Notes: generated by a model not told the origin, from the letters alone. A stretch of 48,620 bases of DNA from Chthoniobacteraceae bacterium (GCA_031409655.1 JANNXQ010000025.1:1-48620); one strand, 5' to 3'. Positions 1-10,900 are shown, numbered from the stretch's first letter. Numbers and translations: made by a program.

Positions 1-83
1 GGCTTTTGTCGCGCCGACGATGTTCAAATTGCTCGTACTGCCGATGCCCGCGGAGTTGTGGGGGAATTGCCTGTTTAATGCTT

Positions 84-249
84 AGCCGCTTGTTTAAAAA
101 CCCGCGGGGGCCTCGGTGGAGGGCGGCGCTCCGCGCGCCACGACTCGCTTAGCGCGCAGCGCCATTCTGAAAGTTGGGCCTGCGGCGAGCGTTTGGCATG
201 GCGCGCGGAGCGACGCCATCCACCGACGCAAGTCTTTCAACAGGCTGCT
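84..249. mobile_element. MITE-like element: imperfect 18-bp terminal inverted repeats enclosing a 27-bp REP-like inverted repeat pair
   Basis: Outer arms AGCCGCTTGTTTAAAAAC (84-101) and GTCTTTCAACAGGCTGCT (232-249) match 14/18 as inverted repeats. Inner arms 114-140 and 199-225 match 25/27. Confidence 0.6.
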
Positions 250-338
250 CGCGGGCGCTGCGCGGAGTCTGGTATGTGCCGCAGATTCTGCTAAGAAAGG
301 CCGGCGTCGAGCGAGCGCTCGAACGTTTCCCCCCGATC

Positions 339-3023
339 ATGCTTCTCAACCTGTCCCGATGGATCTCTGTCTCCGCGAAGAACGGCGCAATCGCACTGTG
401 CAGCATCTTCGCGGCGCTCGCACTGCCGGCGGCGCGCGCGCAATCGACGACGTATGTGAACTTCGAGGCCCAGCAAACGCGACCGATCTGCCTGTCGCCG
501 GATGGGACACGACTCTTTGTGGTGAATACTCCAGACGGGCGCCTCTCCGTCTTCGATGTCTCGAATACCGCGAACCCCGTGCCCGTGCTGATCCGCGAAA
601 TCCCGGTGGGTGTGGAACCGGTCTCGGTGAACGCGCTCTCGAATGACGAAGCCTGGGTGGTGAATGAGGTCTCGGATTCCGTGAGCGTCGTGTCGGTGAC
701 CGCGGGCGCAGTCACGGCGACGCTGCAATGCAAAGACGAGCCTTCGGATGTGGTCTTCGCGGGTGGGCGCGCCTTTGTTTCGTGTGGGAGAAACAATCTT
801 GTCCGAGTTTTTGATCTCTCAACGCTGGCTGAGACGACGACGGTCACGCTCGAAGGGCCCGACCCCCGATCCCTCGCCGTGAGCGCCGATGGCACGAAGG
901 TCTATGCAGCGTGCAAGCTTTCGGGAAATCGCACCACGCTCCTTCCGGCAAACCCCTTATACCCGCCGCCGCCGCCGACCAATGGAAGTCTCCCGCCGCC
1001 ACCGCTTGTGGGCACGATCGTGAGTGCGGACGACTCCCGCCTAAACCCGAAGCCGAACATGCCGGACAATGATGTGGCGGAGATCGACACGGCGACGCTC
1101 GCGGTTTCGCGTTATTTCAAAGGTGTCGGCACGGTGAACTTCTGCATCGTGGTGCGGCCGGGGAGCGATGAACTGTGGGTCGCCAACACCGAAGCGCGGA
1201 ACCTCGTGCGCTTCGAGCCGATGCTCAGAGGGCATAGCGTGGACAATCGGCTGACGCGGATTTCGACAACCGGGCCCGGGACGGTCACCGCGTTTGATCT
1301 CAATCCCGACATCACGTACCCAGTCTCCGCAAACACGACGGCGCTCGCTCAGCCGACGGCACTCGCCTTCACCCCGGATGGCGCGGCGCTGTGGGTGGCG
1401 AGTTTTGGCACGGATCGCGTGGCGAAGGTCAATGCCACGACGGGCGATGTCCTGACGCGGATCGAGACCGGACCGACTACCGGCGCGGATGCCAATTCGC
1501 GCAATAAACGCGGCCCGCGTGGCCTGGCGCTCCACCCGGTCACGGGCCGGCTCTACATTGCCAATCGCATCTCCAACACCATCTCCATCGTCTCGACGAT
1601 CGGTGAAGTCGTGATCGCCGAAATCCCCACTGGCAGCTACGACCCGACCCCGCTGGTCATCCGGCAGGGGCGCGGCTTCCTCTACGACGCGAGGCTCTCG
1701 GGCAATGGCACGCAATCCTGCGCCTCGTGCCACATCGACGGCGATCGGGACGACCTGGCCTGGGATCTGGGCGATCCAGCTGGCTCGATGCAGACGGTCA
1801 GCACGCCATTCGGTTCATTTCCCATGCACCCGATGAAAGGCCCGATGACCACGCAAACCTTTCGCGGATTCCTGGTCGTGGACTTGGCACCGAGTCCTTA
1901 CGGGCAGTTCAGCCTGCTCCCGCTGCACTGGCGCGGCGACCGCGCGACCTTCAATGCCTTCAATCCCTCCTTCGCTTCGCTGCTCGGCGGCGCGCCGCTC
2001 AGCGCCGCAGACATGGATGCCTTCCGCGATTTCATCAACACCATCGTCATCCAGCCGAATCCGAATCAGAAACTCGATCGCACGATGCCGGATCTCTTTC
2101 CGCCGGGGGATCCGAATGCAGGCGACCCGAACGCCGGGCGAAGTACTTTCGAGAACGAAAATTTTGCGGTCAATCAGCGCTGCACGACCTGCCATGCGCT
2201 GCCTGCGGGGACCAGCAACACGATCATTAACGCACCGATGGGACAGAGCCAGAATTTCAAGGTGCCGCACTTGCGGAACATTTATCAAAAGTTGCAGTTC
2301 CGACGCAGCGCGACGGAAGTCTCGCTCAGCGGCTTTGGCCTGATGCATGACGGACGTGAGCAAGATGTCGTGAGTTTTCTCTCCCAGCCATTTTTTGGCA
2401 GCTTTGCGGCGGACACTGTGCGCAAGCGCAACCTCAATGCGTTCATGCAATGCTTCGACACTGGCACTGCGCCGGCGGTCGGCTATACGCGGACGGTGCG
2501 GGCGGACACGCTCGCGAGCAGCGCGGCGGATTGGTCGGTGCTCGAAGGGCAAGCCGTTCCCACGCCGTCCATTTACAGTAGCGATCTCGTGGTCCGGTTG
2601 CTCGAAAATGGCGAGCGGCACAGCTTCGTCTATCGCCCGGTCACGAATGATTATCTGAGCGATCAAACCGGGCTCGGACCATTCACGCGCGCGGCGCTTG
2701 AGGCGAAGGTCGCGGCAGGTGCGACTCTCACCCTCATGGGCACGCCGCGCACCAGCGGCCAGCGCCTCGGTATCGACCGCAATGGCAACGGCATCACGGA
2801 TGCGGACGAAGCCCTGCCGCGGCTCGACATCGCCTTGGCCGCCGGCACTCCGCAGCTTGCCTGGCCGGTCGGCAGTGCTGGGCTCGTTCTCGAATTCACC
2901 GACTCTCTCGATCCCGCGAACTGGGAGCCCGTCACCCAGCCACGCAGCTTCTCGGGCGGTTCAATCCTGGTCCCGGACGCCACCGCGGGCCAGCAGCGCT
3001 TCTATCGCCTGCGGCGGCCGTGA
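339..3023 (+). CDS. Secreted YVTN/YncE-type beta-propeller fused to a di-heme cytochrome c (peroxidase/MauG-like) domain, with C-terminal RFYR domain
   Basis: ATG at 339 is in frame with ORF 174-3023. Signal peptide ends ALPAARA-Q. Propeller blades include SPDGTRLFVVN, SADGTKVY and TPDGAALWVA. Two CxxCH motifs (CASCH, CTTCH), FKVPHLRN motif, terminal QRFYRLRRP. Confidence 0.85.
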   Translation: MLLNLSRWISVSAKNGAIALCSIFAALALPAARAQSTTYVNFEAQQTRPICLSPDGTRLFVVNTPDGRLSVFDVSNTANPVPVLIREIPVGVEPVSVNALSNDEAWVVNEVSDSVSVVSVTAGAVTATLQCKDEPSDVVFAGGRAFVSCGRNNLVRVFDLSTLAETTTVTLEGPDPRSLAVSADGTKVYAACKLSGNRTTLLPANPLYPPPPPTNGSLPPPPLVGTIVSADDSRLNPKPNMPDNDVAEIDTATLAVSRYFKGVGTVNFCIVVRPGSDELWVANTEARNLVRFEPMLRGHSVDNRLTRISTTGPGTVTAFDLNPDITYPVSANTTALAQPTALAFTPDGAALWVASFGTDRVAKVNATTGDVLTRIETGPTTGADANSRNKRGPRGLALHPVTGRLYIANRISNTISIVSTIGEVVIAEIPTGSYDPTPLVIRQGRGFLYDARLSGNGTQSCASCHIDGDRDDLAWDLGDPAGSMQTVSTPFGSFPMHPMKGPMTTQTFRGFLVVDLAPSPYGQFSLLPLHWRGDRATFNAFNPSFASLLGGAPLSAADMDAFRDFINTIVIQPNPNQKLDRTMPDLFPPGDPNAGDPNAGRSTFENENFAVNQRCTTCHALPAGTSNTIINAPMGQSQNFKVPHLRNIYQKLQFRRSATEVSLSGFGLMHDGREQDVVSFLSQPFFGSFAADTVRKRNLNAFMQCFDTGTAPAVGYTRTVRADTLASSAADWSVLEGQAVPTPSIYSSDLVVRLLENGERHSFVYRPVTNDYLSDQTGLGPFTRAALEAKVAAGATLTLMGTPRTSGQRLGIDRNGNGITDADEALPRLDIALAAGTPQLAWPVGSAGLVLEFTDSLDPANWEPVTQPRSFSGGSILVPDATAGQQRFYRLRRP

Positions 3024-3144
3024 TCCTTCGCGCGACCGAGCGGCAGATCTGCCGGCGCCTTCTCCGCCTACTGGAGTCCCCGGTACGCGAAACGACTGTA
3101 GGGGCAGCCAGTGGCACCCCTACAGTCGCACGACGTTTTTTGAA

Positions 3145-4101
3145 TCAGGCTGCGCTGACGGACTTGCGCCGCCGCGCGCTGAGGATGGACAGACCACCGA
3201 GCAGGAGAGCCGCCGTCGATGGCTCAGGAACGGGGGTCACATTCAATGAGCCGTCGCCATTGATGCCGATGATGACGTTGGTCGCCTCCTGCAAGCCGCC
3301 GGCAGCGGCACCCACTTTCCCTCCGTCACCGAGTGCCCCCTGTGTTCCGCCCGCCGCGGAAGCGCCCCAGAAGACCGGATCGGGATCATACATCCCGGTC
3401 GCAGGATTGATCCCGCCACCTGGAAGCGGTCCGCCGGGCGTCACTTGAGAAGGCTGAATGCGGAGCGGCACCTCCAGTTCCACGAGCAAGTGCGGATTCG
3501 AATCGAGCGGTGATCCTCCGGCGGACGTCGTGCCCTTCAAGCCATTGAAGAGCGGGTCCGATATCGGAAGCAAAGGGTTGATTGGATTGAAGGGTTCGAG
3601 ATCCACGAAGACGTCGAAGAAGCTGGCCAATCCGTTGCCTTTGAAGACCACGGAGATGTCGCGTTTCGGAATGTTCGGCAGGGTCACCGGGAAGGTCACC
3701 GACGCAAAGATTTCGTTGAGCTGTGGGGGCGCGGAGCGTGGCTCAAAGTCATACATCAGGTGCAACTGGAGATCGCCCGGGGCGCTGAGAGCATTGTGGG
3801 AGATCGCCGCGTAGAGCTGGGTGTTCTTCAAGGGATCGCTGTTGCTCGTCGGGACCGTGCCGGTCGCGCTGGAAATGAAGGAGAACGGTGTGACGTCGGA
3901 CCATTCGCCGGTCGGACCGGCGGCGGTGAACCCGTTGGTGAACTGGCCGTCGAGCGTGAAGTTAAACGCGCTGATCTGTGCAGTACTGGACGCCGGAAGC
4001 GCGAAGCTCGCGGCAGCGGCAATCAGGCCTGTGAGGATGAACTTTGCGGGGACTGCGCGACGAGTCGCGCTGGAGGACTGCGGGTGGTTTTGTTTTTTCA
4101 T
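3145..4101 (-). CDS. PEP-CTERM sorting-signal protein
   Basis: N-terminal signal peptide; C-terminus VPEPSTAALLLGGLSILSARRRK (PEP motif, TM helix, basic tail). Confidence 0.92.
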   Translation of the reverse strand: MKKQNHPQSSSATRRAVPAKFILTGLIAAAASFALPASSTAQISAFNFTLDGQFTNGFTAAGPTGEWSDVTPFSFISSATGTVPTSNSDPLKNTQLYAAISHNALSAPGDLQLHLMYDFEPRSAPPQLNEIFASVTFPVTLPNIPKRDISVVFKGNGLASFFDVFVDLEPFNPINPLLPISDPLFNGLKGTTSAGGSPLDSNPHLLVELEVPLRIQPSQVTPGGPLPGGGINPATGMYDPDPVFWGASAAGGTQGALGDGGKVGAAAGGLQEATNVIIGINGDGSLNVTPVPEPSTAALLLGGLSILSARRRKSVSAA

Positions 4102-4230
4102 GGGGTGAGGGGGAATTGGGTAGCCGAAAAGACTGCCCGGGTCGGGTCTGGGTCAAACCGCCGACGCTGTCGATCGGAAAATGAGTCTCCGCTGAATTTT
4201 CCCGGGTGACGGCCATCGCGCTTCGCCGCG

Positions 4231-4292
4231 GGACGAACTGGCGGGCGCCTTTCGCGGCTCTCGGAAACCACGAAACAGCCCGCCATCTGTCC
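4231..4292 (-). other. Long RNA hairpin upstream of the PEP-CTERM gene
   Basis: Nested pairings GGAC/GTCC, TGGCGGGC/GCCCGCCA and TTTCGTGGTT/AGCCGCGAAA. Two positions are G-U pairs on the minus strand but A-C mismatches on the plus strand. Confidence 0.45.
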
Positions 4293-4339
4293 TTTTTTTC
4301 CGGGAAAATTCTGACGCGCGCGATTGCTTCAAACCACAC

Positions 4340-4368
4340 TTGCCAAGCCTCCCCGCATCGCGCAGATT
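4340..4368 (+). promoter_or_regulatory. Candidate sigma70-type promoter for tRNA-Gln
   Basis: TTGCCA (4340-4345), 17-bp spacer, CAGATT (4363-4368), ending 14 nt before the tRNA. Confidence 0.35.
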
Positions 4369-4382
4369 CCGCGGCTCGTTTT

Positions 4383-4456
4383 TACCCGATGGTGTAACGG
4401 TAGCACAGGGGACTTTGACTCCCCTAGTCAAGGTTCAAATCCTTGTCGGGTAACCA
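4383..4456 (+). tRNA. tRNA-Gln (anticodon TTG)
   Basis: Acceptor stem TACCCGA/TCGGGTA, D-arm GTGTAACGGTAGCAC, anticodon arm GGGGA-CT-TTG-AC-TCCCC, T-arm CAAGG-TTCAAAT-CCTTG, encoded CCA. Confidence 0.97.
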
Positions 4457-4511
4457 ATTCTAGCGCGGGTTTTAGGCGCCCCCCGTTCTCGGGGATCCGG
4501 GCGAGCGCCGC

Positions 4512-4811
4512 TTACTCGAAGTCGTAGATTACCGCGCGGGCGCAGTTCGGCTTGAAGGCTTTTTCGACGAACTGCAGGTGCAACGGGTGAATCTGATAGG
4601 CGGCTTCGGCCTCTTTGTTTTCAAACTGGAGACTCAGGGCGATCTGGTAGGTCTGGTCCACGATTTCGCGATGGCTCTTCACCATGCGACCGACGTGGAA
4701 ACTTTTTAGCCCAGGGATGGGACGGAGGTATTGCTCGGCTCCGGCGAGCAGCTTTTCGGTGGCATCGGGGATTTCGGGTTTGGTCCAGAAGATGACGACG
4801 TGGGAAAACAT
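4512..4811 (-). CDS. Dabb family stress-responsive A/B barrel protein
   Basis: 99 aa, MFSHVVIFW...YQIHPLH...IYDFE; typical HxVxF, YxxHPxH and terminal DF/E pattern. Confidence 0.88.
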   Translation of the reverse strand: MFSHVVIFWTKPEIPDATEKLLAGAEQYLRPIPGLKSFHVGRMVKSHREIVDQTYQIALSLQFENKEAEAAYQIHPLHLQFVEKAFKPNCARAVIYDFE

Positions 4812-4953
4812 GGTGGAGTGGATGTGGAGGGTGAATGGTTGTTTCGGGGAGCCATCGGATACCAACCGGCCTTCGGAAGTCCAACCCTCCGTTCACCCAT
4901 CTTGCAGATTGGGATCGCGCCGGGCATCGACCGGGCACGGTCGGGCGGAGTGC

Positions 4954-7900
4954 TTAGAGCATCCGCACGTTTGGCGGGGCGAGGGGAACGGGGCGGGCGG
5001 GCTGAATGCGCAGGCCGCTGGTGGCTTCTGCACGCTGCTCCGGTTCGCGGATGATTTCGGCTTCGGAAATGTCGATGACGTTTGACTCCTTGGCCGTCTC
5101 GCGGGCTCTCGCGGATTTCATCGGAGTGCCGCCAGAATCGGTGGCGGGCTTGTGGGCGCCCGGGACTTCGTCGTTGAGGCCAGCGAGAAGCTCGCGCTGC
5201 TCATCGACGACGCGTTCAAAACGGGCGCGCAGGGCGTCGCGCTGCTGCGTCACGGAATCGCGCTCGCGGCGGAGTCGGCTCATCTCCCGCTCGTGCTGCT
5301 GGGTGAGTTCCGCTTCGACCCGCTGGAGAGCGGCACGATCTTTGGCGAGGTCGGCTTCCTTTTGCTCAGTGCTGGTGCGGATGAGGGCGAGTTGGTTGAG
5401 TGCCTGGTCGCGCTGCGTCATCACCGACTTAAATTCACGGGCAAACACCGCGCTCTGAGACTTGTGGGCTTCGGTCGCTTCCAGCAGATCAGCGATGGCC
5501 TTCTGTTTCGCGGCGACGAGCGCTTCACTTTCACTCTGCAAGGCAGCCATCCGCTTCTCGGCGTCGATGGAGACGGCGGCGAGACGTTGGGCGACGGCGG
5601 CGCTGTCCTTTTGCGCCTCGTCACGTTGCGTCACGAGTTCGCCGATGTGCGCGTCGGCCTGAGCCTTGGCTTCGGCTAGTTTGTCGCGCTCGGCTTTGAT
5701 GGCGGCGATGGCGCGGTCCATCTCGGCACTGAGGCCGGCGAGCGCGTTGGTCTTTTCCACCGCGGCTGCACTGAGCGTTTCCTGGTGCCGCTTCGCGAGC
5801 GCCGTCAAGCGGTCTTCCTGATCGGCGAAGAGCGCGGCTTTATCGGCGGCAAGTTGGGCGATGGTGGCGTCTTTCTCCGTCGTCAGCGCGGAGAGCGTAC
5901 GCTCGTGGCGCTGGGTCTGCGCGGCGACGGCCTCGCTATGCTCGGTGGTGATCCGGCTGATGGTCTCGTCGCGTTGCCGGATCATGGTGCGCGCATTGGC
6001 GACAAAGCCGTCGAGTTCTTCGATCCGCGCGTTGCGTTCTTCGCCGAGGCGCTGCACGTCGCCGAGTTGCTTCTCGAGTTGCGCCTTGGTGCCTTCGACC
6101 GTTTTGCGTTCGGCGATGATGGCATCGCGGGCCGCGGTGAGAGCCGCGAGTTCCTGCCCGTGCTGGTGAGTCTGCGCGCAGATCTGGTCGTGGTGCGCGG
6201 TGTTGAGCTTGGCGATGTCCTTCTCCTTTTGCTCGACGGCTTGGCGGGCGGTGAAGAGGTCGGCTTCGTGTTTCTGCACGCGGACTTCGAGCTGGCGGAC
6301 GGTGCCCTGCGTCTCCGCGAGGAGCTTCGCAGTCTCCGTGCGCGCCTGCTTTTCTTGTTCGCGCTCGCCCGCGATGGTGGCGATGTCCGCATCCTTTTTG
6401 CGGGTGAGTTCGGCAAGAACCGCGTCCTTGTCAGTAGCCACAGTGGCGAGAGATTTCCGGTGCGTTTCGCCGAGCGTGACGAGCGCCTTCTGCTGGTCGC
6501 CAGCGAGGCGGGCGATTTCCTGTTCCTTCTCGCGGATCTTCGACTGCGCTCCCGCGACGTCCCCGTGCAGCTTCTCGATCTGCAACTGCCGCTCCGCCGC
6601 GGTCCGCTCGGTTTCGGCGAGGCGTTTCTCGAGCTCGGCCTTCGTCGAAACGACGTGATCGCGGGCCGCCGTGAGGGAAGCGATGGCCGCTTCCTTCGCC
6701 GCTTTGATGGCCACGAGCGCGCCCTCGTGCTCCGAGAGTTGGGCCGAGATTGCTTGCTGATGGGCGTCGGAACGCTGGGTGATGGAGACTTCGAGCTGGC
6801 GCATCTGCGCCTGCCGTTCGTCGTGCAGCGCGTTGAGGCGGGCGATCTCGTCTTCTTTCTCGCGCACTTTCCCCTGCGTTTTCGCGACCTCGCCCTGGAG
6901 GGCTTCGATCTGCGTCTGGCGTTCCACGATCGTCCCGCGCGCTTCCGCGAGTTGCCGTTCGACTTGCGCTTTCTCTGCAACCACCGCTTCCCGGGTCGCA
7001 TTCAGGGAGGCAAGTGCGGCGTCTTTCTCTGTCCGGAGCGCGCCCAGCCTGGCCTCCTGCTCTGCGGTCTGGACGCCCAGCGCCTTCTCATGCTCCTGAG
7101 AACGCCGGGCGATTTCGCCATCCAGCTTCTGGATCTGCGCAAGGTGGGTGGCCGTCTCCGTCGTGAGTCGGCCGATTTCGCCGTGAAGTTTTTCGATTTG
7201 CGCCTGGCGGTCCGTGGACTGGCTGTCGAGGGCACCGAGGCGCTGTTCGATTTCGATCCTGGCCGCGAGGGCCGCGTCGCGGGCCGCAGAAAGAGAGTTC
7301 ACCGCGGATTCCTTTTCGGTCCGCAGTGAGGAGAGCGTCGCTTGATGTTGCGAGAGCTGCGTGGCGAGCGCGCGCTCGTGTTCCGAGCTCTGGCGGGCGA
7401 TGTCCTTCTCCAGCTTCTGCACCTGCCCGAGCCGCTGCGTGGCCGTCTGCTCGGTTTCGATGGAGCGCTTCTCGAGCCCTGCTTTTTCGTCCAGAAGAGC
7501 GCTCCGCTCGCTCGCAAATTTCTCGCCGGCGCCTTGCAGCCCGGCGAGGGCGGCGGCAGCGGCGGCCTGGGCGGTGTCGCGTTCCTTGATGAAGTTTTTG
7601 ATCCGCTGCCGATACGTTTCGATGTCGGCTTCGAGCTGGGCGACGGCGCGCGATTCGAAAGACGACTGGGCTTTTACCGAACTTTCGTTGGAGCGGACGA
7701 GCAGCGCGTGCGCGTCCTGGCTCCGCCGGAGTTCAGCGTCGATCTGAGCGCGTGACTTGTTGGCCTCTTCGACTTGCGTCCGCAATTGGTCGAGCTGTTT
7801 CGCCTGTTCGGCTTCGCGCTGGCGAGCGGATGCGGCGGCTTCGGCCAGTTGCTGCTCGCTGGTTTGCTTCAGTGCCTGGATGGCCACGGTCCCAGCTTTG

Positions 7901-10900
7901 GCCGCTTCCGTCGTGCGAAGCTGCAGGGTGCTGTCGAATTCGTTCCGCAGGCTGGCGACAGTTTGCGCCAGCGTCTTTTCGCTCTCAATCTTGAGTGTGG
8001 CGCCATCGGCGCGAGCCGCGGCGAGTTCCGCGGCAAATTTGTCGCGCGCGGCGGTGGCAGTTTGGAGCTGTTCCTGAAGCTGCTTGAGCGCGGTCGCGAT
8101 CTCCGTCTCGCGCTGCTTTTTCTCGCCTTCAAATTCCTGGCGCAGGCGCTTCGCGACTTCCTCGGCCTGCCGGCTGGTCTCCGTGCTGAGCCGCGCCTCG
8201 GCGGCCTGAGCTGCAGTGGCGTTCGCGGCGCGAGTCTGCTCGAGTTCGGTGGAAAGTTTCTCCTTTGCGTCCGTCGCGGCCTTGAATTCGACCTGGAGTT
8301 TTTCCAACGCCGCCGCGGCTTCTACCTTTTGCTTTTGCAAAGTGGCGTCGAATTCCCCACGCAGCGTCGTCGTCGATTGCTTGAGCTTGCGCGCCGTTTC
8401 CTCGGCAAACCGCGCTTCGGTGGCGCGGACACTTTCGCCGACTGCCGTGCGGGTTTGTTCGAGTTCCGCAGAAAGTTTCGCGCGTGCTTCGGTGGTCGCG
8501 CTGAGCTGATTCTGCAGTTGCTTGAGGGCGTTCGCGGATTGCGCCGCGTGCTGCTCCTGCGCGGCGGCAAACTCCTTCTGCAAGCGCGCCGTCGTTTCCT
8601 CGATCTTCCGGGCGTGCTCTTCCGTGAGCCGTTGCTCGATGGCCTTTGCGGACTCGGACCGTTCCAGCCCGGCTTGCTCGAGATCCGCGCTGAGCTTGGT
8701 GCGCGCCTCGGCGGCAGCGTCGAGTTGGGCCTGGAGCGCAGTGATGGCCGCCTGCTTCTCCGCCTCAAATTTTTCCCGAGCGTCAGACAGCGCATCCTCG
8801 GCAGCCTGAGCGGTCGCCTTTTCCATCCGGGCAGCGGTTGCCTTCGCTGTTTCAGTCCGGGCGATCTGCGCCTGCTCGAGTTCCGCGGCGAGTTTTGCGT
8901 GCGCTTCGGTGGCCGCTCGAAGTTGCTCCTGGATCTCCGCGAGCGCGGAAGCGGCGGCAGCGTCGCGCTGCTGCTTCTCGGCTGCAAATTCCCGCCGCAG
9001 GGTTGCCGCCGCGCTCGCCAGTTCGGCCACGCGCTTCTCGTGCGCTTCGTTCTCCAGCCGAGCCGTCGTCTCTTCGAGCTTCCGCGCATGGTCTGCGGTC
9101 AGTCGCTGTTCAATGGCCTTTGCGGATTCGGTCCGATCACGGCGCGCTTGCTCGAGCTCGGCGCTGAGTTTGTTGCGCGTCTCGGCAGCGGAGCCCAGTT
9201 GCGTCTGGATCGCGGCGATGGACGCAGTGATCGCTGCTTGTTTTTCCGCCGCAAATTTCTCCCGGGCCTTGTTCGCGGCGACTTCTGCGGCGCGGGCCGC
9301 CTCCGCCTCGATTCGAGCCGCCATGGCCTTCGAACTTTCGGTGTGCGCGATTTTCGCCTGCGCGAGTTCGGCGGTGAGTTTTGCGTGGGCGTCGTTGGCG
9401 GAGTGAAGCTTCTGCTGGAGCTCCGCAAGCTCGGCGGCGGCGGCCTCGGCGCGCTGCTCTTTCTCCGCCGCGAATTCCTGCCGCAGATTCGTCGTCGCTC
9501 GTTCGAGTTCAGCGGAAAATTTCGCGCGGTCTTCGGCGGCAGCGCTGAGTTGATCCTTCAGTTGATTCACCGCGCTCGTCGATTCAGCCGCCCGCTGCTC
9601 GTTTGTCGCGGCGAATTCCTGCTGCAGCCGAGCCGTTGTCTCTTCGATTTTCCGGGCGTGTTCCGCTGTCAGTCGCTGCTCGATCGCCTGCGTGGATGCG
9701 GTCCGATCCTGCCGGGCTTGCTCGAGCTCCGCGCCGAGTTTATTGCGCGTCTCGGCAGCCGCCTCCAGTTGGCTTTGGAGCGCGGCGATGGCCGCTTGCT
9801 TTTCCGCCTCAAAGTTTTCCCGAGCCTTCGCCACGGCGTCCGCGGCAGCGCGCGCCGTTTCCGTTTCGATCTGAGCCGCCGCGGTCTTTGCGGTTTCAGT
9901 CTGCGCGACCTTTGCCTGCTCGAGTTCGGCGGCGAGTTTCGTGTGCGCGTCGGTGGCGGATTGAAGTTGTTGCTGAATTTCCGCGAGCGCGGTGGCGGCC
10001 GCTTCGTCGCGCTTCTGTTTGGCGGCCTCAAACTCCCGCCGCAGGCCCGTCTTTGCGTGTTCCAGTTCCTTGGCGTGTTCTTCCTTGAGCCGGTTTTCCG
10101 CGGCCCGGGCGGTTTCGGAGCGCGTGGCTTTCGCTTGCTCCAGTTCGCCGGTCAGCCGCGCGTGCGTGGCATTCGCGGCCTTGAGCTGATCCTGGAGTTG
10201 TTTGAAGGTCGCGGAAACTTCGGCTTCGCGTTTTTGTTTCGCCGCTTCGAATTCCAGTTGCAGGCTCGCGCGGGCGGTGCCGATCGTTTTGTCGTTTTCG
10301 AGCCGCAGCCGGTTCTCCACATTCTTCGTGGATTCCGCGAGGGCCTGGCGGCCTTGGTCGAGTTCGGCGGAAAGTTTCTCCCGCGTCGCGACTGTCGCTT
10401 CGAGGTCAGCCTGGAGCTTTGCGAGAGCAGTCGCCGCCTCCGCTTCGCGCTGCGCTTTTGCGGCCTCGAATTCCTGGCGCAAATTTGTCGCGGTCTCTTC
10501 GATTCTCCGCGCGGTCTCCTGCTTGAGCCGCTCTTCGGCCGTCTTCCATTCCTCGTCTTTTGCCACCTTCGTCTGTTCGAGTTCCGTGGAAAGTTTGCCC
10601 CGCGCGTCATCCACGGCCTTGAGCTGCGCCTGGATCTTCTGGATCTCCGCGGTCGCTTCGGCTTCCCGCTGGCGAGCGGTGGCTTCAAATTCCTCCTGCA
10701 GGCGCGCCGTCGTCTCCTCGATCTTCCGAGTGCTCTCCTGTTTGGCCTTCTCCGAGGCGGCGAGTTGCTCCTCGAGGCTGCGGCAGCGAGTGCGCGCCTG
10801 ATTAAGGTCGGCCTGCGCGCTTTCCCGAGCCGTTTCGAGCGTGGCGATCTTCTGTTGCAGGCCGTGGATCTCACTCTCGTTCGAGCGCTTCGCCTGTTCG

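Noticed and set aside
3020..3448. 142-aa ORF overlapping the cytochrome gene stop (GTGA)
   Set aside because: Mostly antisense to the PEP-CTERM gene and without a credible domain.
4325..4350. Sigma54 promoter for the PEP-CTERM gene (TGGCA on the minus strand)
   Set aside because: No TTGC at the required -12 spacing; the same bases fit better as the tRNA -35.
4383..4456. tRNA-Gln as an island attachment site
   Set aside because: No duplicated tRNA 3' end and no integrase seen in the window.
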